Below, piece after piece: positions 12,004 through 24,229 of a stretch of DNA of 64,000 nt. A program made the position numbers and the translations under genes. The notes under the pieces are model-generated. The model was not told where the DNA came from. It saw only the letters and a program-made list of their open reading frames with translations, and made no database searches. How positions within the stretch are numbered: position 1 is the stretch's first letter; every line of letters begins with the position of its first letter. Source of the stretch: Octopus vulgaris (Eukaryota); the NCBI GenBank assembly GCA_951406725.2, contig OX597817.1, positions 116,374,001 through 116,438,000 of the forward strand, given 5' to 3'.

Positions 12004-12622
12004 AGATTAGTCTCTAAGCATTTTAGGCAGGGTCATAAATTCTACAGAATATTTAATAGAAGAACCCTGAAGGTTAGCTATTCTTGTTGCAGAAATTTCG
12101 CCTCTTACATTAGCCAACATAATAGGAAGCTAATTGAGATTAGACATGGTGCCGAGCCCATTAAGAAATGTAATTTCAAAAAACGAAAGCTCCTGTCCGT
12201 TAGAAGGGAAATGTCTAGTGAAAGGAGTAGTTTATAGAGCCAAGGTGCAAGTGGAAGGCTCATCGGAATACAAGACATACACAGGGGCTTCAGAAAATTC
12301 ATTTAAAACAAGATTTTATTCTCATAAGAATTCTTTTAAATACCCAGAGAATAGAAAGAAAACCAGCCTAGCAAAATATGTCTGGGAACTAAAAGAAAAG
12401 GAAGCCCCACCTTTCAACGTGACATGGAGCATTCTGGACAGGGCGGCACCATACAGGCATGGAGCTTACAAATATAATTTCAAGTGCAGGCTTTGCTTAT
12501 TAGAAAAAATGCACATATTATTCAAAGACAATAATTCTTTGAATCAAAGAAGTGAATTAATGAACTTATGTAGGCACACGGCTAAATTTAAAATGTCGAA
12601 TATAAATATACCATATGGATAG
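12004..12622 (+). pseudogene. Inverted copy of the linker/GIY-YIG coding region with +1 frameshift
   Basis: Same protein as the minus copy; A-run at 12178-12183 has 6 A versus 5, splitting ORFs 11944-12237 and 12134-12622 (may be a sequencing error). Confidence 0.85.
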
Positions 12623-13624
12623 AGTATATATTTTGTATTTTGATTTTTTGATTTTGATTTTGACTTTTGAGCGCTACGACGGACCTATAGCAAAGTCTTA
12701 TTGTTTCTACATATATATTAGGAAAAACCTACAAACTTTGTTTTCATGTTATTGTATTGCATAAGATTACCTTGATTATTTATATTACCTTGATTATTTA
12801 TAAATGACCCGAAATAGGATGTTATATTTTATTTTATATGTCTTTCGTATATATTTTTATTAATGCACCCATTTTTTAAAAGCAATGTTTTTTTTAAAAA
12901 AAGCAATGTTGTCAAATTTAGAATGTTTATATAAGTTTGTATATAGCAAAGCATATGTATTTGTAAGCATGCGTATCTGTGTATGTGTAAGTGAAAGTAT
13001 GCTTGTGCTTAAGCACGCATACACACGACGGTATGTATATGTATCAATTCAAACTTGTGTATGTATACTGGCCTCTATAGATGGCAATAATATCGCTACA
13101 AGTTTTTTCCCCACCCCTCCTTCGTTCCTTTTTCTCTCTTTCCCTTTCTTTCGTTCCCCCTCCTTGCTCAGTATATGAGAATTGCTACATAGATGAATTT
13201 TAGCTTGCGTGCGAGACGGTTTGCGTGAATATATGTACACATGCTTTTATGTGTATAATTTAGATTCATATTCATACGTCTGTATATGTATGTATGGTGT
13301 TTACGCGCATCCTTTTGTGTATGTTGATATATATATGTGGATTTTAATATAAATATGTATTGCAGTATTTATAACAGGTTTAATTTCTATGCATTAATTT
13401 GTACTGTCTTCATTAACGGCAATAGGTTTTTTCCTCGGTTTTTTCCTCGGATTTTATAATTTTTATAAGTTTTTTTTATATATATATACATATATTTTTG
13501 ACCTTTTGTTTATCGCTCGAAGATTGACCGTTTTTTCTAAAGGGCCAATCAAACAAGTCCATTTCTTTTTAAAGATGTAGCGTTTGTAAGAGTATAGATT
13601 GAATTAATATATATGTTCCATTCT

Positions 13625-13678
13625 AGCAAAAACTGTCTGATGAACGGCAACGAGAAACTCAGAGTAACAGATTTTGTT
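13625..13678 (+). ncRNA. Minimal type I hammerhead ribozyme (right arm)
   Basis: Helix I agcaaaaactgt/acagattttgtt; CTGATGA at 13637-13643; stem II cg-GCAA-cg; GAAA at 13654-13657; near-palindromic stem III actc-a-gagt; GUA cleavage triplet at 13664-13666. Confidence 0.88.
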
Positions 13679-13799
13679 GAATTTTCTGCTGCTTAAAATA
13701 AAGCATATTACTCTACCACTGGTATCTGAGTACTCTTTTTCCACCTTGTTTCACATTTATGTGTTTACTCCGGTATATATATATATATATATATATAAC

Positions 13800-14262
13800 A
13801 CGTCCATGTTTCAGAAGAATACAACAAAGGTGGTAAGACAAAGAATTTGTAAAGAATCAATTTTGTGTAGTTATTTATATGTCGTCGGTACCGAACTTGT
13901 GACTCCAAATCACAAACTACATGTGCTGCCCTTTGAATTCGCAAATGTATTTCTGTGTCCAGATTTCCATCATTTTGTACAGAGCTTCCAAAGTAGATGA
14001 AAGAGAGTCAAGACTCTTAAGTAACTTACTCTTAACGGAAATTTTAGCGGGGATGCATACTGCATTAGATGCAGGTTGATACATTACAATTGTTCTTTTT
14101 TCAAGTTGATTGCCAAGCCAAGCTAATCATAAGATGAGTCAAATGCAGATGCAAAAGGTTGCAGGCCTGTTTCAGATTGACTGACTAGATCGCAATTGTC
14201 AGCGTATAACAGTGGCCTAGTGAGTGAAGTGAAAACGGTCGTTTGAATCTCAGTCTGGTCAG
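13800..14262 (-). mobile_element. RTE-clade LINE RT fragment
   Basis: LLYADNCDLV (degenerate YADD), GLAINLKK, GNLDTEIHLRIQRA, TKLILYKFFVLPPLLYSSETWT. Confidence 0.8.
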
Positions 14263-14294
<32 letters not shown>

Positions 14295-14296
<2 letters not shown>

Positions 14297-15040
14297 CTCA
14301 CTTTTGCTGTTTACAGCCGTGCTTGAAAGGAAAGTGTGTAGCATATGATCATCGCATTGACCACGACAGAGTAAGTTGAGCTGAGAATCTGCATCAAATT
14401 TTGCAAAAAGCTTGGCGATACCTGATGAGAGGCCTGCGCTAACGTTCGAAAGCTTTTCATCGTTCTCGACACAATCAAGGACATTTTGTACAGCTGAAAG
14501 CGGTTTTGACACAAACTTGGCAGACACACGTCTTATACCCAAATTTTCAGTGATAACGAACTTAAATGGACTGTAACTAACATGCACGTCTTCTGGCGAT
14601 TCATGGATGGTGATTCGGGGATTTCTCCTCTGAGCTGCACGCACATATGCGATGTTTTCCTTAGTTCTGCTGGTTTCAGGTCTTCCAAAACGTTCGTCAA
14701 TATCGACGTTTTTCTCACTATCTCGGAAACATCTGACTCACTCTTACGCTTGTATGCAGCTCATACACTTCTCTCCATACACTTCTTGCATCTTTGCGTA
14801 GACCTCTGCGCAGGTATCTTCATGACAATTCTCTCTGTCGTGGTCAATGTGACGATCACACGCTACACACCTTCCTCCTAAGCACTGCCGTAAACAACGG
14901 GAGTGAGCTAGAACATCGAAACTAAGTCGCATGCACAGCAACTCTCTATGTCAATCTTCGCCAAGCGTTTTACTCTGCGAGCTTTAGATTCGGTATTATG
15001 GCAATAATCCGGACATTTGTTTACCAGACCTTCTACGTAA
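14295..15040 (-). mobile_element. Mariner relic with an inverted duplicate of its 5' end
   Basis: Minus: DTCAEVYAKMQEVYGEKCMS, RRNPRITIHE, LGIRRVSAKFVSK (WVPHEL-like), TIR-like end near 15010-15039. Plus 14305-14425 repeats the 5' region (CATTGACCACGACAGAG; LRICIKFCKKLGDT). Confidence 0.8.
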
Positions 15041-15044
15041 AGCT

Positions 15045-16310
15045 CATCATCATCATTTTCATCATCATCATCGTCGTGGCAATAACAAGGCTCATTATTA
15101 CGTTACACTGACATAGCGGTTCTTACGTGGCACCGGCACAGACGCTCTTACATAGCATTGGCTAGGGCCTCTCAATTGAAACAGAGGCTTAGAGGACTTG
15201 CTTGTATGTAAGGACGGCCACAATTTTACTTAGCTTGATGTGTCTTCTGAATCATCGCAAACCGCCAGAAGTCAAGTGTCGACTTTTTGACATCTTTTCT
15301 GTGAAGTTCAAAATGACCATACCAACGCAGTCTTCTTTCTTGCAAGTTATATCTGATACCTCGTATATCCAATTATTCTCTCAAATGACATACATTCTGT
15401 TGTACATGTATACTGACATTACTTCTCCATCGTAGCTCTCTGGCATCATTTTTTTAAGCTTTCACATATCCTCAAGAACCACTGTCCATGTCTCAATACT
15501 ATATAACATAGCTGTATGTACACAGGCATCATACAATCTGCCTTTCACTCTGAGGGAGAGATCTCTTGTTTTTAACAAAGGTAGTAGCTCTTTGAGAATT
15601 GCCCAACGCTTCCGTTTTCGAGCAACTACGCATTCAGAACCACCTCCTTCATTGGAGATTGGTCGTGGAATTAGCGGAAACTCTCTACTATTTTTAATAA
15701 CCCTCATGGAGTCTACTTTCTGTAAATTCCTAGTGTTTAGAGTAACTGCACATTTACAACACAAAGTCTACTATCTCTGTTAACCTTCCTTTTATACCAC
15801 TGAATCACGCGTGTGCTCATAGCTATCACGGGGTCTACCGTATGGAATTTCTACTAACATCTTTTTTACATGTCGAGCAGAGCTATCTGCTTCAAGGAAT
15901 CAATGATTCTTCTGTTTTCCTACTTTTTTACATTTTAGCTCCAAAGCCCTTAAATTCTAGACTTTACTTTCACACCTAAAATTTCATCTCTAATTCTAGT
16001 AGTCATTCAACTAGATCAAGGTCATCATTGTGGAGGAGCTCTAAAGGGCAGCCTTATGATAAACAATAAAGAGCTGAGAATCGATCCTTCGTGAACTCCT
16101 ACATGTAGATTGAATTCCTTTCTATACATATTGCAGACTTTCACCTTACTGTTAGCATCCTGGTACATGGCATGTACATCTTACAACAAACGCACATCTA
16201 TCCCTACCTTTCACATTTCCCACCAATTAAGCGAGTGGAAGATGCAGTCAAAAGCTTTTTCTGTGTTGACAAAAACCAAAAGTTATGCAGGGTGCTTCAT
16301 TGTCTTATAG
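15045..16310 (-). mobile_element. Decayed RTE-clade LINE 3' portion
   Basis: WAILKELLPLL..LSLRVKGRLYDACVHTAMLYSIETW; (TGA)n-like tail at 15045-15075. Confidence 0.8.
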
Positions 16311-18299
16311 GAATTTCGTTGCAGTGCATTCAGAGCTAAGTGTTCGTGCACCATTTTTTATGCAAATTTATTTGTGTGTGTGGATATACGTGCGTGTGTA
16401 TATATGTATGAATGTATGTATGTTTTAATGTATACCTACATACATACATACATACATACATACATACATACATACATACATACATACATAAATACATACA
16501 GGCCTACGAATATTGTTATACGAAAATATTCTTGATGAGTCAGTTTTCGTGAGAAATTTTGTCTGAATGTGAATATATGCGTGTCTGTGTATACCGCTGA
16601 GCCTTTGTGTGTGCGTCTACGTGTGGATGTGTCCGTGTGCAACTACACCTGCAGGGATAATTACGCTGAGTAACTCAAACACAGAGCCTTTAAGTTACGC
16701 TTCACCAACGTGAAATAACTACCAAATATGGCTTCAAAAGCTGGATTTCTTTAAGAAAAAGATAACTTTATGACTATCTTCAATCTTGCTTATATATTTA
16801 TAGATATCTGAAAACAAGGTGGTTATGTGTATTGCTGAGATTCTTTTCTTCATAGTCCTAGATGACCCGGGATATAATACACAACAAAAACATCACTGAA
16901 GTTATACTTTGGAAAATAAAAAAAACATGGATTTGGCATTGATGGAATATTCCTCTGATGAGAGTTTTTATCGTTCATATAGTCACAGTGCAAGGTCATC
17001 TGTTCACACTTTGACCTATTATTGTACTCGTCCTCCAACATCGTATCAGACAGATATTACGCGCAGTTTGAACATTTATTGATATCAACAAATTTAGTAT
17101 AATTTCATGACAAGCATTGGCAATATAAATTTCCAGCTGTGACTAAGGTGTAAGGCTGTCTATGATTCAGTCTATAATTCTATACGCTTTCTCCAAAGGT
17201 TATAAAATCAGAGATAAATGTAAATATAAGCTTTCTTTGCGTATTAAATATAGCATAAGCTACTTTAACAGTATTTAAATGAATTGAATGCTGTCTACTT
17301 GCACAAATATCAAGCTTGCCTCCATATAATCACATTATGCGTGTTTGTTCGTGTGAGTATTTTCCCGTGTCTGACTCTCTGTGTGTTCATTCCTATACAT
17401 TTGCAAATATATAAGGTAGATAGAGACATAGACAAATGTAAATATATACACGTGTGTATGTATGTGTGTGTGTGTATGTGCATACATATACTTATAAACA
17501 TCCACACACATATATACAGTGAGAGAATATTTACATTTACCCATGTCTCTAACATCTATATTTACAAGTGTAAACGAATACATATACACACACTCAGAGA
17601 TAGGAACATACATGCACAGACATATACATACTTATATGTGCGTGTGTATTTGTGCCCATATGCACTGTAAGTTTGTGACAATACGGATGTACGAGGTTTA
17701 ATATTTTATATTGCGTGCCATGCGATCGATAAGTGTCATGATTTCAACATTTTCATTTCACGATTACCCTAATAAATACTTCAAATATATTTGTGGGAAA
17801 GTTACATTTTATTAATATACACGCAAGCGTGCGTCTAGAAATGCTCTCTCATAATGTGTGTTGGTTTCTGCATCTATGTCTACGTGCGTATGTATGGGTA
17901 CGAAAGTGCATAAATATGACGATTAAGATTAAACGTGTCGTATTTCTACCTGAAAACTTAATCTCACACTTTTAACTTACACTCACGCATAGATAACTGT
18001 CCGAAATGTTTCCCGTGTATCTTAAAACCATCCTCTGTTACTCATATCGAATCATATCTCCATATACTATTCCACCGAAATGTATAACACGTAAACCGAG
18101 CATAGACATAAACGTTTATTTTGGTCATTCTACCCCCAAGAAATACCGCATAAATACCCCTAACGTTAATTCCTATTCTTTGAAAACAAGATAGATTTTC
18201 CATTTTGGATATTTGTTGATGTAATTATCCCAGAAAATTTGATTTAATGGGGTTGAACAGTGACGTTTGGAACACTTTTAAAATAGTTATAAGTCGATC

Positions 18300-19780
18300 A
18301 GTTCCAACCTAACATTAATCGCAACACTCCTAACATGAGCATCGTTACTTTTCCCCAATTGTATTTTCTTACAGAAGTTTATAACTGCTTGGTTTCAGAA
18401 TAGGGACAAATATGATTTGTCGAGAACTAAAAAACAACTTGTCCTGGTTTAAACTTATAAGTTGGGTCTCACCAATGTTTTCATAAGTTCCACAGTTGGA
18501 TCGACCACACTTTTTAGCTGTTAGTATTGAGTCTGTAGTTGGCAATTTTGCCTTGGTAAGTAGTTATGTTGGGATGTTTGGTTGACATTTGCATATATGA
18601 TTCAAGTGTTTCTTTTCATTCGCGAATCTTGGCTCAATATGGTATATTCTGATTGATAAGGATGAGTGTCTCTATGTTTCTTGAGTTGGGTGATGTAATT
18701 AACGATAGAGTTTTTTGTGCACCTCAACTATTTTGGGCTTTTCGTATTTCTTTAATGTTTATTGATTTGGCACGTTATATTCCCATTCTTTATTGGGGTA
18801 CGTGGGTACTTTCTTCGAAGTAGTGACTGTTTTAATTCAAGGAAATTTGAATAAGATTGGCGACAATTGCTTAAATTCTGTTTACTAGGTTAAATTGAGT
18901 ATTAGATTTGGCATGCGTTGGGTGGCATGAGGAAGAGGTAAGTACTCTTCAGAGTCCGTTCGTTGATAGTAGATATCGATTTCTATGCTCTTGTCATTAT
19001 TAATCAAGTTGTCTAAGAGTGATAGATGGTTATGGCTAAATTCCATGGTGAACTGTTTATTGGTGGCTTGTTGAAGAGTTAATGCGGCATTTTTGTATTG
19101 TTCTATATTCATAACTACAACACTTCCCTTATAAACTTCATGTTATTGTTTTTAGGTCATATAGAGCTTTCCATGATAACCGACTAGTTTTGGACTTCGG
19201 TTTAGAAAGTGGAAGTTCATTGTAAAGGAAGGTGACTATAAGCTCACAAAATTCGTCTAGTCTTTTCTTTCTCTCTTTTGTTGGGTTGTAATTACCCTTG
19301 CTTTGCTCAATGGATTGATCAGTGTATATATTTTATCGAAACGTATAGTTACTCTTAATTTTTCAAATAAATTTCAGATGTCATCTTGCACATCAATAAC
19401 CTTAGTATACTGTGGTGACGTGGTTAATTTTAGACTATTTGAAAGGCTTTAGATTTGTACTTTTGAGTGTTTTAAGTTGGAAAGATTTATTGTTTTAAGT
19501 TTCCTACCTGTATCTTGGACCAGCGGGTGACTTGAAATCTTCCATGGTTTAACAATGATTTTTGTGGCATTTGGCTTTTTGGTTGTGTTCCTAAATCTGT
19601 AGTCATATAATCCGTTACCTTCCAGTTTTCTGGAATAAATGTTAACCATTGTATATCCGGATAAAGCCTGTTCATGTCCGGGATAGTTTCTCCTGTCATA
19701 ATGACTGTCTCTTTGAATATATTGGAATATCCGGTTTTGAAACGTGTTCAGCCTTGGTGAGAATATAAATATTGTATATA
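18300..19780 (-). mobile_element. Old Penelope-like element (different lineage), heavily decayed
   Basis: KQFTMEFSHNHLSLLDNLINNDKSIEIDIYYQRTDSEEYL matches the PLE RT 'I.FT.E..L.FLD..I....TDIY.KPT' region; many stops. Confidence 0.65.
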
Positions 19781-19899
19781 TACGTGTATGTGTGTGTATA
19801 TATATATATGTATGTACGTATATGCATATATACATATATATATAAACATTATTTATATTGTTATAGGACTGAATGCCACGCATCCATTTACAGGTAAGT

Positions 19900-20560
19900 T
19901 TATCTTAATTTTGATGCGTCTCGCCTGTAATGTTACATCTCCCACCCCTTTGTTTTCTCTCTCTACTTTTCTCTAATTCATTTCCCCACTTCTCGGCCTT
20001 TCCTTTTAACACTGTCATTATTTCTCTAATTCTTTTTTCTTCTCTATACCGTTTTCTATCTGTCCTTCTCTCTCCCTCTTCTTCCTTTCCTCTCTCCTTG
20101 CTCACGCGTGACCATCGTCCATTTTTCTTTTCTCCACGTGATTATCTTTCTTTTCTTTTGGTCTGTGTAACAGACAAGACGCATTCTTGTCTTTCTCCTC
20201 TCCTATCTTTTCTCCTGTCAAAGATTGTTCCCCCAGCATTCGCCACCTTACCTCGTATGGCTTAGCGGCCGTCACTGTTTGTTTTCACTGTCCTGTTTTT
20301 GTTACCAGCATTGACCCTCTCCAAATCTCAATCTTTATCTTGGTTCGCGGGAGCAACTGTTCTGTCAAAGGCACATATTGTCGTGAATTGCTCGAAATGT
20401 GGAGTAGATAAACAGCCGTCAAGTGATGGAGGGACGTTCTTTATGTTACTTGTTTTGTTTCTCTCTGATTCTTTCGTTGCTCGAATACAAAAGCTTGTCT
20501 TCGTATTTCATGTTTTCTTATTTCGTATTTCCTGCTGTTTACATTTTATGACGCCCTGTA
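19900..20560. repeat. Unclassified interspersed repeat, probably related in opposite orientation to 30250-30650
   Basis: Pyrimidine tract plus CGTGACCA...TTGGTCTG; the complement CAGACCAA...TGGTCACG plus a purine tract lies at 30275-30500. Confidence 0.4.
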
Positions 20561-20702
20561 TCCATATATGCATGTATATATACATATATATGTAAGTATG
20601 TACATATATGTATGTATATTTGAATATGTATATATATATATATTGAACGTAGCTGAGCCGCATTACAGATCACGAAAATGTCTATATCTTTTTATCTGCC
20701 TA

Positions 20703-20734
<32 letters not shown>

Positions 20735-20912
20735 TATTTCTATACACACAGAAACTTATATACACATATACATACATACACATACACACACATAAGTACA
20801 CACATACACACAGTTCAGCAAAAATTTAGATTCAAATGAATTCTGTATGGTGTTATCCATACAAATCCGTGGGGTGATTATAATCAAAATAAGCAACAAG
20901 AATGACTCTGGT

Positions 20913-21003
20913 AATTTGGTACGATCGTTTCGTAGTACATCATTTTATTAAATGTTGTGAGTATTAGAACAGTTTTAAAATGCTGAGCACTCATCAGCCA
21001 ATT
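20913..21003 (-). ncRNA. Type I hammerhead ribozyme with 59-nt stem II region, within a ~280 bp microsatellite-flanked element (20812-21095)
   Basis: ttgg-CTGATGA-gtg...tac-GAAA-cgatcg-TA-ccaa; palindromic stem III; GUA triplet. Confidence 0.75.
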
Positions 21004-21093
21004 ATAGAGGTTTTCCATTAATACAAAAATGTTCATATCAAGAGGAGACATTATAGAGAAGGTAGATATAGAGACAAAGATGAGGATTTTTGA

Positions 21094-21128
<35 letters not shown>

Positions 21129-21517
21129 TATCTATCTATATATATATATGCACATTTGCACACATATATTTATACATGTATATATATATGTGTGTGTGTG
21201 TACCTATCTGTGTGTATGTGTATGTATATGTATATCTGTATATATATATAGAGATATATATTTGTGCGTATAGACATATAGATAGATAGACAGACAGATA
21301 AAAAGATAAAAGCCTCGTTCACTTTGCTTATCTTTGATTATCTTTTGAGCTATCTTTGAGGAATAATATCGCACCCATAACAATGGTGATATTAGAGGAT
21401 AAAGTAGCAAATTAAAGATTTGCTCGTAATGTTAAGAGTTTGTTTTACCAAGTAATGTTTCACTGCAAGAATATTATAAATATTATTACCACCATACTAT
21501 CTATTATTGACCTTTAT

Positions 21518-21937
21518 CTATTGCAATAGCAACATATGGATGCGAGACCTGGACACTAAAGAAAGCTGACCAGAAGAGAATTAATGCATTCGAGCTTTGG
21601 TGTTGGAGAATACTTTTACGGATTCCATGGACAGCGAGGCTCACCAGTGGAGAAGTTCTTAAGCAGATGAGGCCGAAAATGTCGCTAGAAGCTATGATCA
21701 CCATGCATAGATTGACATATTTCGGTCATATTATGCGGAGAAAATCCCTGGAGAAGGACATCATGCTCGAAATGGTCAGTGGCAAGAGTGGAAGAAGCCG
21801 ACCAAGAACCCGCTGGCTTGACACCATCAAGAGTGATACCGGAATGGACATAGCCAGTCTGAAAGAAGCGGCCCAGGATAGACCTGACTGGAGGACACTG
21901 ATGCAACGAGTAACCGAGAGTCGACTTCAACTGAGCG

Positions 21938-21942
<5 letters not shown>
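21518..21942 (+). mobile_element. RTE (BovB-like) LINE 3' end
   Basis: IATYGCETWTLKKADQKRINAFELWCWR..RLTYFGHIMRR..RPRTRWLD..WR; ends directly in a (GATA)n tail. Confidence 0.9.
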
Positions 21943-21980
<38 letters not shown>

Positions 21981-22001
21981 TGATAGATAGGTAGATAGAT
22001 T

Positions 22002-22084
<83 letters not shown>

Positions 22085-22089
22085 TAGAT
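21938..22089. repeat. (GATA)n microsatellite (LINE tail)
   Basis: Directly visible. Confidence 0.97.
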
Positions 22090-22633
22090 CTATTGCAATT
22101 ACTTGATTTTACATTCAACTTCACTGTTCGGCTTTCTCGGAAATATTCCTTTACAACAACCTAGTGTTAATTGCTAAGGGAAAAAGATACAAAATTAGTT
22201 TTATTGAGATCTAACTATACACAAATGGATAGTAACATTCATTTAAATATGATTTTAATGTAGTTTTTATTTACATTGCGTTTCATTTCAAAATGTAAAA
22301 TAGTTAGTAAGCCTTTATTGATGTCATAATGTAAGAGTTATCTTCCTTGAACTATTCAACAAAGACGCAATTACTGGGTATAATCAAAACGGAGAAAAAA
22401 TATTAATATTTTTAAAGACCTCACATACATACAGTTACGGCATAAATATTTACTCGAATATCTAACATTAACTGTTATCATATAAAAAAGCTCACCATGA
22501 AAGTACTCGAATATATGCTAAATTTTTTTTAAAATGTGAAAATCCATCTATAGTGGAATTTAATTGACATATATATATATATATGTATTCGGTACACAAT
22601 TTTTACGGACTTTGAAGTCTATACACACACACA

Positions 22634-22678
<45 letters not shown>

Positions 22679-22690
22679 ACACACACACGT

Positions 22691-22721
<31 letters not shown>

Positions 22722-22992
22722 TTATTGCAACTGTGTATTACACTTCAGTATATTGAAGATACGTGAAAACGTCTGGCAGGAAAGTGAAAACTAATTAGTA
22801 TCATTCGTAGACACACATATATATATATATGTATGCATGCATGTATGTATGCATGTATGTATTCAGGTAAAGATATGTACATAGATGTATATACGTACAT
22901 ATATATGTGATATATACATATCATATATATCAAATATCATATATTACATATCGTACATCTATGCATATGTGTATAATATATATAATCGTGTA

Positions 22993-24205
22993 TATAGGAG
23001 GATAGGCTAAGACGTTCATAGCCTGACTATGAAGCAAAGATGCTTGACGGATGGAATCTTTCATCCATTAATTTCAACACTTATTAATAACTGCATTGTT
23101 TTCCCCATGTAAACTGATATCTGGCTGCTTAAGAAAGAATTCAAATGTAACTAGAAGCAACTTCTGTGGTAGATGGAACAATGTATCCTCCTATTTTTGA
23201 CAAGTATCTGAAGAAGGAGGTTTAGCGCCCAATGACATTCATGCTAATGTGGTTCCTGCAATAGGCACTCCACCAGCTTGATCACCAGTGAAAAATTGAG
23301 AAACCCTATTTAGGAGAAAAACGTACAGTCTTCAAGATGACCCAAGGTTTGGATGTCTTGCAGCTGCCACCCCCGAGAAAAACATTCATTGGGTTCACCA
23401 TATGCTCAATCATGACAGATGATTGACTATAAATCTACTATCCAATGTAATTAGAATATCCTATGAGAGATTTCAGAATATTTCATAACATGAATGTGGT
23501 GTAACGAAAATTTTTGCTTCATGGGTGCTTCGTTGTCTGACAGCTGATCAAAAGCACATGAAGCTGATTACATCGCTGGAAAATCTGACTTTGGGTGAGT
23601 TTCATACAGCTGGGTTCCTAAGCCAGGATGAGTGTTGGGTTCATCACTTTGAACCAAATGCAAGAAGATAATCTATGTAGTGCAATCACTCCGCCTCACT
23701 GGCTCCAAAGAAGGCCAAGTTGGTTTCTTCTGCCTTGAAGCTGATGGCCTCGGTTTTTGGGGATGCAAAAGGAATTGTGTTTGTTGAATATCTTTAAAAG
23801 AACATACCATCAACGCAGAATACTATACCAATTTGCTGAGGCAGATACGAAATGTTATGACCGAAACGCTTAAGAAAACTGACGAAAGTGGTCTTGTATC
23901 TTGAGGACAATGTTCCAATACATGTTTCAATGGCTTGGTATCAATGGCTGCTCTGTGTAACTGTGATTCTGAACTGGTTGATCACCCTTCCCATTCTCAT
24001 GATTTGGCTCCAACTGATAATTGTATGTTCCCCAACATCAGGAAAGTCTTGGCTGGGTAGTCGTGATGATGACCTTGATTTTGTAATAGGATAAATGCTT
24101 TTCCAACAATGAGATCCGATCACTCTAAAACCGATGGAAGAATGCATGGATCGCAAGGTGTTAAAAAATAAACCTTTTTTCATACCATTCCACGAGAGTA
24201 TCTTG
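22993..24205 (+). mobile_element. Near full-length decayed mariner
   Basis: LQDDPRFG, ASWVLRCLTADQK (WVPR-like), QDECWVHHFEP, EDNVP (DNAP) and DHPSHSHDLAP (YSPDL-like), in the expected order over ~1.2 kb. Confidence 0.85.
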
Positions 24206-24229
24206 TGTGTGTGTGTGTATAAAGATGTT

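Larger units (their letters stand above)
9781..13773. mobile_element. Young palindromic Penelope-like retroelement: 5'-truncated minus copy 9781-12003 joined head-to-head to plus copy 12004-13773
   Basis: Arms 9781-11480 and 12004-13703 (1700 bp each) differ by 3 substitutions and 2 homopolymer indels on manual comparison; 523-bp spacer carries the RT core; 70-nt extra tail at 13704-13773; (TA)n on both flanks. Confidence 0.95.

Noticed and set aside
14415-14462. CTGATGA...GAAA hammerhead-like string
   Set aside because: Lies at a junction of mariner coding pieces; helix I and stem II do not form properly.
19700-19755. GAAACGTGTTCAGCC, resembling a hammerhead 3' half
   Set aside because: No CUGANGA upstream; at best an unrecognisable relic.
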